NCBI GenBank assembly: GCA_041402005.1
Contig: JAWKTB010000001.1
Coordinates: forward strand, 147,740-211,739
Reading direction: 5' to 3'
DNA length: 64,000 nt
Source: Phycisphaerales bacterium
GTDB lineage: Bacteria; Planctomycetota; Phycisphaerae; Phycisphaerales; UBA1924
The translations under genes and the position numbers were made by a program. Below are positions 1 to 9,310 of the stretch, in pieces. How positions within the stretch are numbered: the first letter of the stretch is position 1; every line of letters begins with the position of its first letter. Below the pieces are notes generated by a model. It saw only the letters and a list, made by a program, of their open reading frames with translations. It did no database searches and was not told where the DNA came from.

Positions 1-892
1 TGCTCCCGCCCACGTGGGGCGTGAGGATCACGTTGCTCAGGCCCTGCAAGGGGCTCGTGAACGACTCGCCCGCGCGGGCGGGCTCCTCCGGGAAGACGTC
101 CACCGCCGCCCCCCCGAGGCGCCCCGTCTTGACCGCCGCCGCGAGGGCGTCCACGTCCACGACGCTCCCCCGCGCGTTGTTGATCAGCATGGCGCCGGGC
201 TTCATCCGCCCGATCTCGCGGGCGCCGATCATCCCCTTGGTCGTCGGCGTCGCCGGCACGTGCAGCGTCACCACGTCCGCACGCTCGAGCAACTCCCCCA
301 ACGACCCGCACGCCCGCGCGTTGCCCAGGGGCAGCTTCGCCTCGACGTCGTAGTACACGACGACCATCCCCATCGCCTCAGCGAGCACCGACACCTGCGA
401 CCCGATGTGCCCGTACCCGACGATCCCCAGCGTCTTGCCACGCACCTCGTGCGACCCGGCGCTCGACTTGTCCCACACCCCGGCGTGCATCTTGCCCGAC
501 CGGTCGAACATCCGACGGTGCAGCGCGATCACCTCGCTGATCGTCATCTCCGCCACTGACCGTGTGTTGCTGAACGGCGCATTGAACACCGGCACGCCCC
601 GGGCCGCCGCGCCCTCCAGATCCACCTGGTTCGTCCCCGCGCAGAAGCACCCGACCGCGAGCAGGCGCCCCGCGCCGTCCAGCGTCCCCTCGTCGATCTG
701 GGTCTTGGAGCGGATGCCCAGCACGTGCGCCTCCGCCGCGGCTTGCGCCAAGGCGTCGCCCGTCAACGCCCCCGCCAGCGTCACCACGTCGAACCCCGCT
801 GCGATGAGACGCTGGGCCCCCGCCTCGTGCACGCCCTCGGCGAGCACGATCCGGATCTTGTCCTTCGGAAAACTCGTCTTCGCGGGTGTCAT
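1..892 (-). CDS. serA: D-3-phosphoglycerate dehydrogenase, N-terminal ~297 codons (3' end runs off the left edge)
   Basis: Absent from the ORF track because it is open at the window edge. Hand translation of the minus strand from ATG (892-890): MTPAKTSFPKDKIRIVLAEGVH...GKTLGIVGYGHIGSQV (NAD GxGxxG)...MLINNARGSVVD...NVILTPHVGGS (D-2-hydroxyacid dehydrogenase signature). No stop down to position 1. Confidence 0.85.
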   Translation of the reverse strand, partial: MTPAKTSFPKDKIRIVLAEGVHEAGAQRLIAAGFDVVTLAGALTGDALAQAAAEAHVLGIRSKTQIDEGTLDGAGRLLAVGCFCAGTNQVDLEGAAARGVPVFNAPFSNTRSVAEMTISEVIALHRRMFDRSGKMHAGVWDKSSAGSHEVRGKTLGIVGYGHIGSQVSVLAEAMGMVVVYYDVEAKLPLGNARACGSLGELLERADVVTLHVPATPTTKGMIGAREIGRMKPGAMLINNARGSVVDVDALAAAVKTGRLGGAAVDVFPEEPARAGESFTSPLQGLSNVILTPHVGGS

Positions 893-903
893 CGAGGCCT
901 GGC

Positions 904-1848
904 TCATGGGACGGGCGATTCCGGCGTGCTCGGGGCGACCATCGAAGTATCGGCAGCCCCGCCCCCGATCTCGACCCAACCCAGCGCGATCGCCCCCCCC
1001 AGGACCGCACACAGCACGATCCGGTACCACCCGAAGGGCTCCAAGCCGTGCCGCGTCAGGAACGCGACCAGCCACCTCACCGCCAGAGCCGCGCTGACGG
1101 TCGCGACCACCAGCCCCACGATGATCGGCGCCCACCCGATCACGTCGAACATGTTGGGCGTCCCCGCGTCGTGCGCGTCCTTCAGGTTCTTGGCCAGCTT
1201 GTAGACGCACGCCCCGCCGAGCGTCGGCAGGCCCAGCAGGAAGCTGAACTCCGCCGCCTGCCTGGGCTTGAGCCCGACCAGCACGCCCCCGGTGATCGTC
1301 ATCATGCTGCGGCTGGTCCCCGGGATCATCGCCAGCGTCTGCAGAAGTCCGATGATGAGCGCCTGGCGCCACGTCAGGTCCGTGATCTCGCGCGTCGTCT
1401 CGGTCTCGTCGTGCGCGGGGTCGGCTTCGAGGTGGACGCGGATCTTCCAGCGGTCGAGCAGGATCATGTAGACACCGCCCAGGGCGAGCGCCGCCAGCAC
1501 CGGAACCGGGTGGAAGAGCCATGCCTCGATGAGGTCGTCGAGCAGGACGCCCAGGACCGCCGCCGGGATGAAGGCGATGATGATGTTGATCGCCAGGCGC
1601 AGCCCCGCCGGGTCCTTGCCGACAAGCCCCTTCAGCATCTGCACGACCCGAGGCCAGTACAGCCCGAGCACCGCCAGGATCGCCCCTCCCTGGATCACGA
1701 CGTTGAACGCGTCCACGGACGCCTTCTGCGCTGGCGTATCCAGCCCCATCACCCCCGACGCAAGGATGAGGTGCCCCGTCGAGCTGATCGGCAGGTACTC
1801 GGTGATCCCCTCGACCAACCCCAGGATGACCGCCTGCCACAGCTCCAT
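904..1848 (-). CDS. uppP: undecaprenyl-diphosphate phosphatase (BacA/UppP)
   Basis: 314 aa. N-terminal MELWQAVILGLVEGITEYLPISSTGHL matches the UppP signature, followed by PGTSRS and a multi-TM profile. Confidence 0.9.
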   Translation of the reverse strand: MELWQAVILGLVEGITEYLPISSTGHLILASGVMGLDTPAQKASVDAFNVVIQGGAILAVLGLYWPRVVQMLKGLVGKDPAGLRLAINIIIAFIPAAVLGVLLDDLIEAWLFHPVPVLAALALGGVYMILLDRWKIRVHLEADPAHDETETTREITDLTWRQALIIGLLQTLAMIPGTSRSMMTITGGVLVGLKPRQAAEFSFLLGLPTLGGACVYKLAKNLKDAHDAGTPNMFDVIGWAPIIVGLVVATVSAALAVRWLVAFLTRHGLEPFGWYRIVLCAVLGGAIALGWVEIGGGAADTSMVAPSTPESPVP

Positions 1849-1929
1849 GCGTGATGCTCCCGGGCGCCTGCCCTCCTTGGGCGGGGCCCGAGTGTAGGGT
1901 TCGGCGTCCAGGCCTCCCCGCCATCACCC

Positions 1930-2820
1930 ATGCCCACGAACATGCAGAGCGAGCCCCTGAAACTGATCGAGGTCGCCGACCCCGCCGACCCGCGCCTCGC
2001 GCCCTACCGCGACCAGAAGGACGCCTGGCTCCGGGCGGCGCACAACCCGGGCGCGAGCGCCGACGCCTCGTCCACCGGCATGGGCGATGGGCTGTTCATG
2101 GGCGAGGGCGAGCTGGTCGTCCGCGAGCTGATCGCGTCGGCGTACGAGGTCGAGTCCGTCCTGCTCTCGCCCACGCGCCTCGAGACCATGCGCGACGCCC
2201 TGGCGAGGCTGCCCCGAGGCGTGCCGATCTACGTCGCGACGCGCGAGATGATGGCGGCGATCGCCGGCTTCGACATCCACCGGGGCGTCCTCGCGTGCGC
2301 CAGGCGAGGCCCCGAGCGCGACCCGCGAGAGGTCATCGACGCCGCCCGCCTCCTGGTCGTCATGGAGGACCTGGCCAATCACGACAACGTGGGGGGCGTC
2401 TTGCGCTCACTCGGCGTGCTCGCCGACCCCGCCCGGGGACGCCCGCCGGGCGCCCTGCTGAGCCCGCGCTGCTGCGACCCCCTCTACCGTCGCGCCCTGC
2501 GCGTCTCGATCGGGCACGCCCTGCACGTCCCCTTCACGAGGCTGGCGCCCTGGCCCGAGGCGCTCTCGCTCCTGCGTGACGCGGGCGTGCGCACGATCGC
2601 GCTCACCCCCGCCCCCGACGCGATCCCCCTGCGCGAGGTCTCGTTCGAGGAGGGCGAGCGCGTCGCGCTGCTCGTCGGCGCCGAGGGGCCCGGCCTGACC
2701 CCTAGCGCGATGGCCCGGGTGGACCAGCGTGTCCGGATCGAGCAGCGTCCGGGCGCCGACTCCCTGAACGTCGTCGTCGCCGCCTCGATCGCGCTGGCCC
2801 ATCTGTGCGGCTCGACCTGA
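1930..2820 (+). CDS. TrmH/SpoU-family RNA 2'-O-methyltransferase
   Basis: C-terminal SpoU motifs LLVGAEGPGLT and SLNVVVAASIALAHL. The N-terminal substrate-binding-like region resembles the RlmB/TrmH group. Confidence 0.75.
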   Translation: MPTNMQSEPLKLIEVADPADPRLAPYRDQKDAWLRAAHNPGASADASSTGMGDGLFMGEGELVVRELIASAYEVESVLLSPTRLETMRDALARLPRGVPIYVATREMMAAIAGFDIHRGVLACARRGPERDPREVIDAARLLVVMEDLANHDNVGGVLRSLGVLADPARGRPPGALLSPRCCDPLYRRALRVSIGHALHVPFTRLAPWPEALSLLRDAGVRTIALTPAPDAIPLREVSFEEGERVALLVGAEGPGLTPSAMARVDQRVRIEQRPGADSLNVVVAASIALAHLCGST

Positions 2821-2840
2821 GGCGGGCGTACGCTCGGGGC

Positions 2841-3368
2841 GTGCCCGAGCCGATCCTGCACGTCGCCCTCCTCGAGCCCGAGATCCCGAACAACACCGGG
2901 GTGATCGGGCGGACCTGCGTCGCGGTCGGCGCCGCCCTGCACCTGATCCATCCCCTGGGCTTTGACATCGACGCCAAGGCCCGCCGACGCGCCGGGCTCG
3001 ACTACTGGGAGCGTCTGGACGTGCGCGAGCACGCGGACCTGGAGGCGTACCTTGCCGCCGCGAACGCCGCCTCCCCCGCCCCCACGATCTGGGCTCTCAG
3101 CGCCCGATCCTCACGCCCGATCTGGGAGGCGACGATCCGCCCGGGGGACCACCTGCTGCTCGGCAAGGAGACCGTGGGTCTCGCCCCCGACGTGCTCGAA
3201 CGCTTCCGGGAGACCGCCGTCTGCCTGCCCATGTCCCCTGGCGAACGATCGCTGAACGTCGCGACGGTGATGACCTCCGCGGTCTACGAGGGTGTTCGGC
3301 AGATGATCGGTCGCGGCGAGGCGAGCCTGGACCCCGCCGGGCGTCTCATTCGTGCCGAGCACGCATGA
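2841..3368 (+). CDS. trmL: tRNA (cytidine/uridine-2'-O)-methyltransferase TrmL
   Basis: LHVALLEPEIPNNTGVIGRTCVAVGAALHLIHPLGF and ERSLNVATVMTSAVYE are typical TrmL/SpoU motifs. The track ORF starts at 2805. I chose the in-frame GTG at 2841 by analogy with the short TrmL N-terminus. Confidence 0.8.
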   Translation: MPEPILHVALLEPEIPNNTGVIGRTCVAVGAALHLIHPLGFDIDAKARRRAGLDYWERLDVREHADLEAYLAAANAASPAPTIWALSARSSRPIWEATIRPGDHLLLGKETVGLAPDVLERFRETAVCLPMSPGERSLNVATVMTSAVYEGVRQMIGRGEASLDPAGRLIRAEHA

Positions 3369-3475
3369 CTTTGCGCGCAAGAGCGCGAACTTTCAGCCCG
3401 AACCCGCGTACCGATAACTGAACGAATGACTCCCCGGTCTGACCCACCGGATCCGCGAATCATCTCTCTCTCCTC

Positions 3476-3514
3476 CAGTGGCCGCCTCTGAGAACGAGGC
3501 GGTACACTGTTTTT
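3476..3514 (+). terminator. Rho-independent terminator downstream of trmL
   Basis: CAGTGGCCGCCTC / GAGGCGGTACACTG stem (about 13 bp with one bulged A), 7-nt loop, directly followed by TTTTT (3510-3514). Confidence 0.6.
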
Positions 3515-3529
3515 GGACTCTGAGACCCG

Positions 3530-3781
3530 ATGCGCGAGGCCCGGCCCACCATGGACGACACGCCGAGCCGCCGACCCCGGCGGGCCCTGAAAATCACGGT
3601 GATTCTCGCTCTGGCGGCTCTGGCCGGCGGGTGCTCCAAGTCCCCGCTCGCCGCCGACGGGGTGCGATCGCAGTTTGATCGGTACGACCGGACCCGCTAC
3701 GAGGACGTCCCGGCGTTCACCGAAAACGAGTTCGGCGAGCGGACCCCGAACCTGCGCGGACGCCTCCTCCGCGTCGACTGA
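3530..3781 (+). CDS. small putative lipoprotein, unknown function
   Basis: Signal peptide with lipobox: KITVILALAALAGGC|SKS. No recognisable domain. The start could instead be ATG 3551. Confidence 0.4.
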   Translation: MREARPTMDDTPSRRPRRALKITVILALAALAGGCSKSPLAADGVRSQFDRYDRTRYEDVPAFTENEFGERTPNLRGRLLRVD

Positions 3782-3936
3782 TCGGGCCCTCCAACGCGCC
3801 ACGCCGCGCCAGTCGTAACGAATCCGTCGAGAAACTCGAAGCGTCCGCGGCGAGTTCTCCGATCCGTTGGTAGTCTCCACGCGCGCCGGCACGGCCGCCG
3901 CGCGCCGAATGGACTCCCTTCCGGCAGGATCGCCAC

Positions 3937-4602
3937 TTGGCCAGGATGCGCCAGGACCACCAGGGCCCCCGTTTTTCCCGTCGCACCAAGACGGTCTGGG
4001 GCGCCCTCGCTGTCTCGATGACCCTCGTCGGCGGCGGGCTGTCGGCCCTCACCGGCTCGACCCCGGGTCTCCGTCAGGGCGCCACCCTCTCCCCGCTCGC
4101 CTCCCTCTCGGGCCCCTCCTCGATCGAGTCCGTCTTCCACACGCGTGAGCCGGTCGCCGACCACGAGTGGAACGCGATCGTCATCCACCACTCCGCCTCC
4201 CCCGTCGGCAGCCCCCAGTCCATCGACGAGCAGCACCGGGCCATGGGCCTGACCGGGCTCGGGTACCACTTCGTGATCGGCAACGGCCTGGGCATGGGCG
4301 ACGGCGAGGTCCACGTCGGATATCGCTGGCTCGACCAGCTCCCGGGCGCCCACGTCGCCGGCCCCGCGGGCCAGACGTACAACCGGACCTCGATCGGCAT
4401 CTGCCTCGTGGGCGACGGCGACCGGCGCGCGTTCACCGACGCCCAGATGGCCCGCCTCGTCGAGCTCGTCTCGGCGTTGATGAAGCAGACGGGCATCCCG
4501 CCCGAGCGCGTGTATCTGCACTCGGACCTTGCCAGCACGCGGTCCCCCGGCGCCTACTTCCCGGCCGCCGAGTTCCGCGAGCTGATCCGCGCCGCGCCCT
4601 GA
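3937..4602 (+). CDS. membrane-anchored N-acetylmuramoyl-L-alanine amidase (Amidase_2/PGRP fold)
   Basis: N-terminal TM segment (VWGALAVSMTLVGGGLSAL). Then WNAIVIHHSAS...GLGYHFVIGNG...PGAHVAG...NRTSIGICLVGD...YLHSDL, as in AmpD/Amidase_2. Confidence 0.75.
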   Translation: MARMRQDHQGPRFSRRTKTVWGALAVSMTLVGGGLSALTGSTPGLRQGATLSPLASLSGPSSIESVFHTREPVADHEWNAIVIHHSASPVGSPQSIDEQHRAMGLTGLGYHFVIGNGLGMGDGEVHVGYRWLDQLPGAHVAGPAGQTYNRTSIGICLVGDGDRRAFTDAQMARLVELVSALMKQTGIPPERVYLHSDLASTRSPGAYFPAAEFRELIRAAP

Positions 4603-4788
4603 CCATCCGGACACCCGCCCCGATCCTGGACCAAACGCGCGGGCGTGGGTGCATCCTGCCGCCCGCCGAACCGACTAAGATCGACGTCGCGGCCCCCCGT
4701 GTGGGGTGGCACGGTCGCCCTGGCGATGAGGCCCTCGACCCAGTCTCGGGCGGTCGGACTTCACACCTTCGCGGATTCCGCAACGGTC

Positions 4789-5706
4789 ATGTCGAGCTTC
4801 CCGGACACCCGGCGGAGAAGGGCGATCTCATCGGGAGGGTTCCGCGTCCTCGCTGAGCTGGGACGCGGGGCGGCGTCCATCGTCTATCTCGTCCAGGACC
4901 CACGCACCAAGCAGGTGTGGGCGCTCAAGCACGTCGCCAAGGTCGGTCCCAGGACCAGCCGCTTCCTCGACCAGGCCGGACAGCGAGTACCGCACGCCCA
5001 ACGCCTCGACCACGACTCGATCCGCCGGATCCCGAGGATCATCAAGAAGGGCTCGCTCCTGGCCGCCAAGGAGCTCTTCCTGGTCATGGAGTTCGTGGAC
5101 GGGATCGCGCTCGACGAGTACCGACCCCGGACGTTCGTCGAGGCCGTCGATCTCTTCGGGCAGACGGCCAGCGCCCTGGCGCAGATGCACGAGCGCGGGA
5201 TCGTCCACGCGGACATGAAGCCCCACAACGTCATGGTCTGCGAGGATATCAAGGACCACAAGCTGGCCAAGATCATCGACCTGGGGCAGAGCTGCAAGGT
5301 GGGCACGATCAAGCCCCGCATCCAGGGCACACCCGACTACATCGCCCCCGAGCAGGTCCACCGGCGCGAGATCACGCCCAAGACGGACGTCTACAACCTC
5401 GGCGCCACCATGTACTGGGTGCTCACCCGCAAGCACATCCCCACCGCGCTGGCCAAGGACGACAGCTCGCTGGTCGGCTCGCTCGACGCCGCCCTGATCG
5501 AGAAGCCCAGGCCCGCGCGGGAGATCAACCCGAACATCGACGAGCGTCTCGACGAGCTGATCATGCGCTGCGTCGAGGTGGACCCGGACGCCCGCCCGGA
5601 GATGCGAGTCGTGTGCGACCGCCTCGAGTTGATCCTGGGCGTGCTGCGCTCGAGATCGGAGTCCGACGCCTCGCGCGCCGGGCTGACGCTCGAGGGCCTG
5701 GACTAA
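4789..5706 (+). CDS. Ser/Thr protein kinase (kinase domain only)
   Basis: Hanks motifs: LGRGAASIVY (G-loop), WALKHV (Lys), HADMKPHNVMV (catalytic loop), IIDLGQS (DFG-like), GTPDYIAPEQ (APE). The track ORF starts at 4645; I chose ATG 4789. Confidence 0.85.
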   Translation: MSSFPDTRRRRAISSGGFRVLAELGRGAASIVYLVQDPRTKQVWALKHVAKVGPRTSRFLDQAGQRVPHAQRLDHDSIRRIPRIIKKGSLLAAKELFLVMEFVDGIALDEYRPRTFVEAVDLFGQTASALAQMHERGIVHADMKPHNVMVCEDIKDHKLAKIIDLGQSCKVGTIKPRIQGTPDYIAPEQVHRREITPKTDVYNLGATMYWVLTRKHIPTALAKDDSSLVGSLDAALIEKPRPAREINPNIDERLDELIMRCVEVDPDARPEMRVVCDRLELILGVLRSRSESDASRAGLTLEGLD

Positions 5707-5722
5707 GGCCTCAGGGGACCCC

Positions 5723-6619
5723 GTGGACCCTCTCGACCTGAGCAACGCCGACGCGGTCTGCGCGATCTTCCTCGCGGGCGCCGAGGCCAACCGGGACGCG
5801 TCCTGCCGCCGAAACTCGATCGACGAGATCAGCGCGCCCGGTCGCCTGATCGCGACCGGCGACCTGCACGACAACCCGGTGCACCTGGCCCGCCTCGTCG
5901 AGGCCGCCCGACTGCGAGACGACGACGACCCCGAAGAGCGCGCCCACCTGACCCTGCACGAGATCATCCACCCCGAGACGCTTGTTTCCGGCATGGACTT
6001 CTCGTTCCGCGCCCTCGCCCGCGTCGCGGACCTCAAGACGCGATTCCCCGAGTACGTGCACACGCTGCTGGCCAACCACGAGCTGGCGCAGGTGCTGGGC
6101 GCCGGGATCATCAAGAACGGCGTGCGCGTCGTCGAGGCCTTCCGCGAGGGGCTGCACTACGCCTTTGCCGACGACGCCGAGCGCGTCGAGGAGGCGATCT
6201 GCCGCTTCGTGCTCTCGATGCCCCTGGCGTTGCGATGCCGCACGCCCAGGGGGGACATCCTGTGCGCGCACTCCCTGCCCGGGCCGGCGATGATGCAGCG
6301 CTTCGACCCGTCGATCCTGACGAGAGAGATGACCGCCGAGGACTACGAGCCCAGGCGCGGGTCGGCCCACCTGATGGTCTGGGGACGGGGCTACGACGCC
6401 GAGCAGCTCGAGGACCTGGTCGAGCGGTGGGGGGTGAACATGTTCATCCTGGGGCACGAGCACGCGCCGAGCGGCGTCGCCCTGGTCGAGCCAAACGCCC
6501 TCGTCCTCTCCTCGGACCATGCCCGGGGGGTGTACCTCCCGATCGACCTGGATCACCCCCCCGCGCCGGCCGATTGCCCCTCTCTGGTCGTGCCCCTGGG
6601 CGACTTCGGGGCGACCTAG
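5723..6619 (+). CDS. calcineurin-like metallophosphoesterase, possible protein phosphatase
   Basis: GDLHDN (motif I) and LLANHE (GNHE-like), later GHEH. Motif II is divergent (LHEIIH). The GTG start lies 16 nt after the kinase stop. Confidence 0.6.
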   Translation: MDPLDLSNADAVCAIFLAGAEANRDASCRRNSIDEISAPGRLIATGDLHDNPVHLARLVEAARLRDDDDPEERAHLTLHEIIHPETLVSGMDFSFRALARVADLKTRFPEYVHTLLANHELAQVLGAGIIKNGVRVVEAFREGLHYAFADDAERVEEAICRFVLSMPLALRCRTPRGDILCAHSLPGPAMMQRFDPSILTREMTAEDYEPRRGSAHLMVWGRGYDAEQLEDLVERWGVNMFILGHEHAPSGVALVEPNALVLSSDHARGVYLPIDLDHPPAPADCPSLVVPLGDFGAT

Positions 6620-6636
6620 GCTCCCTCCCCGGGCGT

Positions 6637-7836
6637 ATGTCCTGCACGGAGATGACCATGCGAACCGCGACGATCCTGCTCCTGGCCCTGCTCGTCCCGC
6701 CCTCGTGCGCCCAGACGCCCAAGGCGCCGAGCCAGCCCGCCGACCCCGCGCCTGAGCGGACCGAGATCGAGGCCCAAGCGCCCGAGCAGAAGAAGGAGGC
6801 GGTCCTCGCGTACTTCGACGAGATGGCCGACAAGCTGGCGCCCCTGGTCGAGTCGAAACTCGCCAAGGAGTTCCTCGCCGAGACGCGCGCGCTGCCCTCG
6901 ATCGAGCCGTTCAAGATCTACGTCCTCCCCGGCAGCGTCCCCGAGGGCGTGACCGAGGCGCAATACGCGACGCTCCCCGAGGAGGGGCGTCAGCCGTTGC
7001 GCCCGATGATGATCCAGTCGCAGCGCTACTACCAGACGATCTACGGCCCGCCCCTCACCTACGCGCGACCCCTCGACCTCGTCGGGACCGTCGGCGGCTG
7101 GGACACCCTCGAGGGCAAGAAGATCCTCGACTTCGGGTACGGGCAGATCGGGCAGGACCGCCTGATGGCCCAGTGCGGCGCCGACGTCGTCGGGACCGAC
7201 GTCGCCAGCCTGCTCGCCGCTCTCTACGAGCGCGAGAGCGACGTGCAGGTCACCGGCTCGACCGGCAAGACCGGCTCGATGAAGCTGTACCAGGCCCGCT
7301 GGCCCGCGGGCGACCGCGCCATCAACCTCGTCGGCGAGGGGTACGACCTGTTCATCGCCCGCGACGTCCTGCGCATGGGGCGCATGGACCCCCAGGCCGA
7401 CCTCGAGCCCGCCCACCGCGTCAGCCTCGGCGTCTACCCCGACTACTTCCTCTCCCACCTCAACCGCATCATGAACACGGGCGGCCTCGTCATGATCTAC
7501 AACACCGGGCGCTACCCGCCCCTGGACTGGGGCGATCTGTCGCTCGGCGCCGACATCCGCTCGCCCTTCAGCCCGGAGCAGTGGAAGGACGCCGGCTTCG
7601 AGTTGATCAAGCTCGACGAGAACGACGACGAGATGATGCGCCAGCACGCCTACGCCCTCGGCCTCGACAAGGGCAAGGACGCGATCGACCCCGAGCGTCA
7701 CGTCTTCGTCCGCTACACGCTCGCGCGCAAGATCCGCGACCTGCCCGAGCACGACGCGGGCAAGAAGCCGCAGGACGACAAGGACGTGCCCCGGACGCCC
7801 TGGGGTACGCCGATCCGGGGCAACTCGGGCGGCTGA
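6637..7836 (+). CDS. signal-peptide protein with class-I methyltransferase-like fold (paralog 1)
   Basis: N-terminus MSCTEMTMRTATILLLALLVPPSCAQ. ILDFGYGQIGQDRLMAQCGADVVGTDV resembles SAM-MTase motif I plus an acidic loop. Clear paralog of 7910-8923. The track ORF (6235) is over-extended through the upstream gene. Confidence 0.55.
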   Translation: MSCTEMTMRTATILLLALLVPPSCAQTPKAPSQPADPAPERTEIEAQAPEQKKEAVLAYFDEMADKLAPLVESKLAKEFLAETRALPSIEPFKIYVLPGSVPEGVTEAQYATLPEEGRQPLRPMMIQSQRYYQTIYGPPLTYARPLDLVGTVGGWDTLEGKKILDFGYGQIGQDRLMAQCGADVVGTDVASLLAALYERESDVQVTGSTGKTGSMKLYQARWPAGDRAINLVGEGYDLFIARDVLRMGRMDPQADLEPAHRVSLGVYPDYFLSHLNRIMNTGGLVMIYNTGRYPPLDWGDLSLGADIRSPFSPEQWKDAGFELIKLDENDDEMMRQHAYALGLDKGKDAIDPERHVFVRYTLARKIRDLPEHDAGKKPQDDKDVPRTPWGTPIRGNSGG

Positions 7837-7909
7837 CAAAGCGAAACGCCCTCAACCCGGTCCATCCCGCCCCGGTACGAGAGCCGGGGTCACGCGAAGG
7901 GAGGCCGCG

Positions 7910-8923
7910 GTGCGCCGATGCGTCGTGTCAACACTGATCGTTCTCACCGCCGCGACGCTCGCGAGGGGTGAACCCGGGTACGCCGAGCAGGCGGAGGCGT
8001 TGCGTCCGCTGGCGACCACGCCCGCCGCCCGGGCCTGGCTGGACGAGGCGGCGCGCCTGCCCGACTTCGAGCCGCGGAGCGTCTATTACCGACGCACGCC
8101 CGAGGGCACGCAGGCCTACTCGGAGGACGAGTACGAGCAGCTCCCCGAGGACGAGCGCGAGGGGCTGCGAACGCTCGAGCCGGCGCCCGCGAAGCGCTAC
8201 TACGAGACGATGTACGGCTCGCCCCTCGCCTACCTGCGCGCGATCGACCTGGGCGCCAAGAACCTCGCTCAGGATGGCCAGCCTTTCTCGCTCGAGGGCG
8301 CCCGCGTCTTCGACCTCGGCTTCGGCCAGCTGGGCCAACTCCGGATGCTCGCCCAGGCTGGCGCCCACGCCGTCGGCGCCGACCCCGATCCGATCCTCCG
8401 TGCCATGTACTCGCGCCCGGGCGACACGGGCCCCGTCGAGCGCGAGGGCGGCCCCGACGGCTCGGTCACCCTCGTCCACGACCTCTGGCCCGCCGACGAG
8501 AGCGCCCGCGAGCGCGTCGGCGCCGACTTCGACCTGATCATCGCCCGCAACCTCCTGAAGACCGGCTACCTCCACCCCCCGCAGGAGACACCCGCCTACA
8601 CCCAGGTCCACTTCGGCGTCCCCGACGCCGACCTCCTCCGTGCCCTGCACGACGCCCTGCGTCCGGGCGGCGTCCTCGTCGTCTACACCCTCGGCGGCAA
8701 GTACGAGCCCCCGGGCGAGGACTACAGCCCCTCGTCCGACATCGCCAACCCCTGGACGCGAGAGGAGTGGGAGGACGCCGGCTTCGAGGTCATCGCCCAG
8801 GACGCGCCCGAGGACGACATGGCCCGGAAGGTCGGCGCCGCCCTCAAGTGGGACGAGATGGGCATGAACCTCCAGCACCATCTCTTCGGCGTGTACTCGA
8901 TCTACCGCCGGCCCGCCCAATGA
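7910..8923 (+). CDS. signal-peptide protein with class-I methyltransferase-like fold (paralog 2)
   Basis: N-terminus VRRCVVSTLIVLTAATLARGE. VFDLGFGQLGQLRMLAQAGAHAVGADPD, DLIIARNLL, GGVLVVYT, WEDAGFEVI all align with paralog 1 (ILDFGYGQIGQ..., DLFIARDVL, GGLVMIYN, WKDAGFELI). Confidence 0.55.
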   Translation: MRRCVVSTLIVLTAATLARGEPGYAEQAEALRPLATTPAARAWLDEAARLPDFEPRSVYYRRTPEGTQAYSEDEYEQLPEDEREGLRTLEPAPAKRYYETMYGSPLAYLRAIDLGAKNLAQDGQPFSLEGARVFDLGFGQLGQLRMLAQAGAHAVGADPDPILRAMYSRPGDTGPVEREGGPDGSVTLVHDLWPADESARERVGADFDLIIARNLLKTGYLHPPQETPAYTQVHFGVPDADLLRALHDALRPGGVLVVYTLGGKYEPPGEDYSPSSDIANPWTREEWEDAGFEVIAQDAPEDDMARKVGAALKWDEMGMNLQHHLFGVYSIYRRPAQ

Positions 8924-8986
8924 CCCCTCCTCGACCCGTGCGTGGACGTCGGGCACAATGGCCCCGACGCTCCCCTGGCGAGGACC

Positions 8987-9262
8987 ATGAAGGCGACACA
9001 CCCGAGATGCCCGTTCTGCGCCTACGACATGTCGGGCGAGGTGCGCACCTGGACGACGAGCTGCCCCCTGATGGCGCGCTGCCCCGAGTGCGGGCGCGAG
9101 GCGGCGAGCGCGCTGCTCTTCCGCGACATGCCGATCGTCGGCGTCGATCCGTACGCCGGGCGGCGAACCCCGGGGTGCTTCTTCGCGGTCGCGTTGCTGC
9201 TCATCCTGGGGATCCCGCTCGTGGTCATCGTGGGCGTCATGATCTGGGTGGCGACGTTCTGA
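8987..9262 (+). CDS. Zn-ribbon protein with a single C-terminal TM helix
   Basis: HPRCPFCAYDMSGEVRTWTTSCPLMARCPECGRE followed by the hydrophobic FFAVALLLILGIPLVVIVGVMIWV. The N-terminal motif is shared with the next gene. Confidence 0.5.
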   Translation: MKATHPRCPFCAYDMSGEVRTWTTSCPLMARCPECGREAASALLFRDMPIVGVDPYAGRRTPGCFFAVALLLILGIPLVVIVGVMIWVATF

Positions 9263-9310
9263 AATCGCCCACGCGCTCGATCCGCAGACGCCACCGATAG
9301 ACTCTCCCGC

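Noticed and set aside
14-1097. Plus-strand ORFs 14-559, 21-353, 405-1097 and minus-strand ORF 378-1010 at the left edge
   Set aside because: All overlap the minus-strand serA frame, which translates into a full D-3-phosphoglycerate dehydrogenase N-terminus. Their products are Pro/Arg-rich nonsense.
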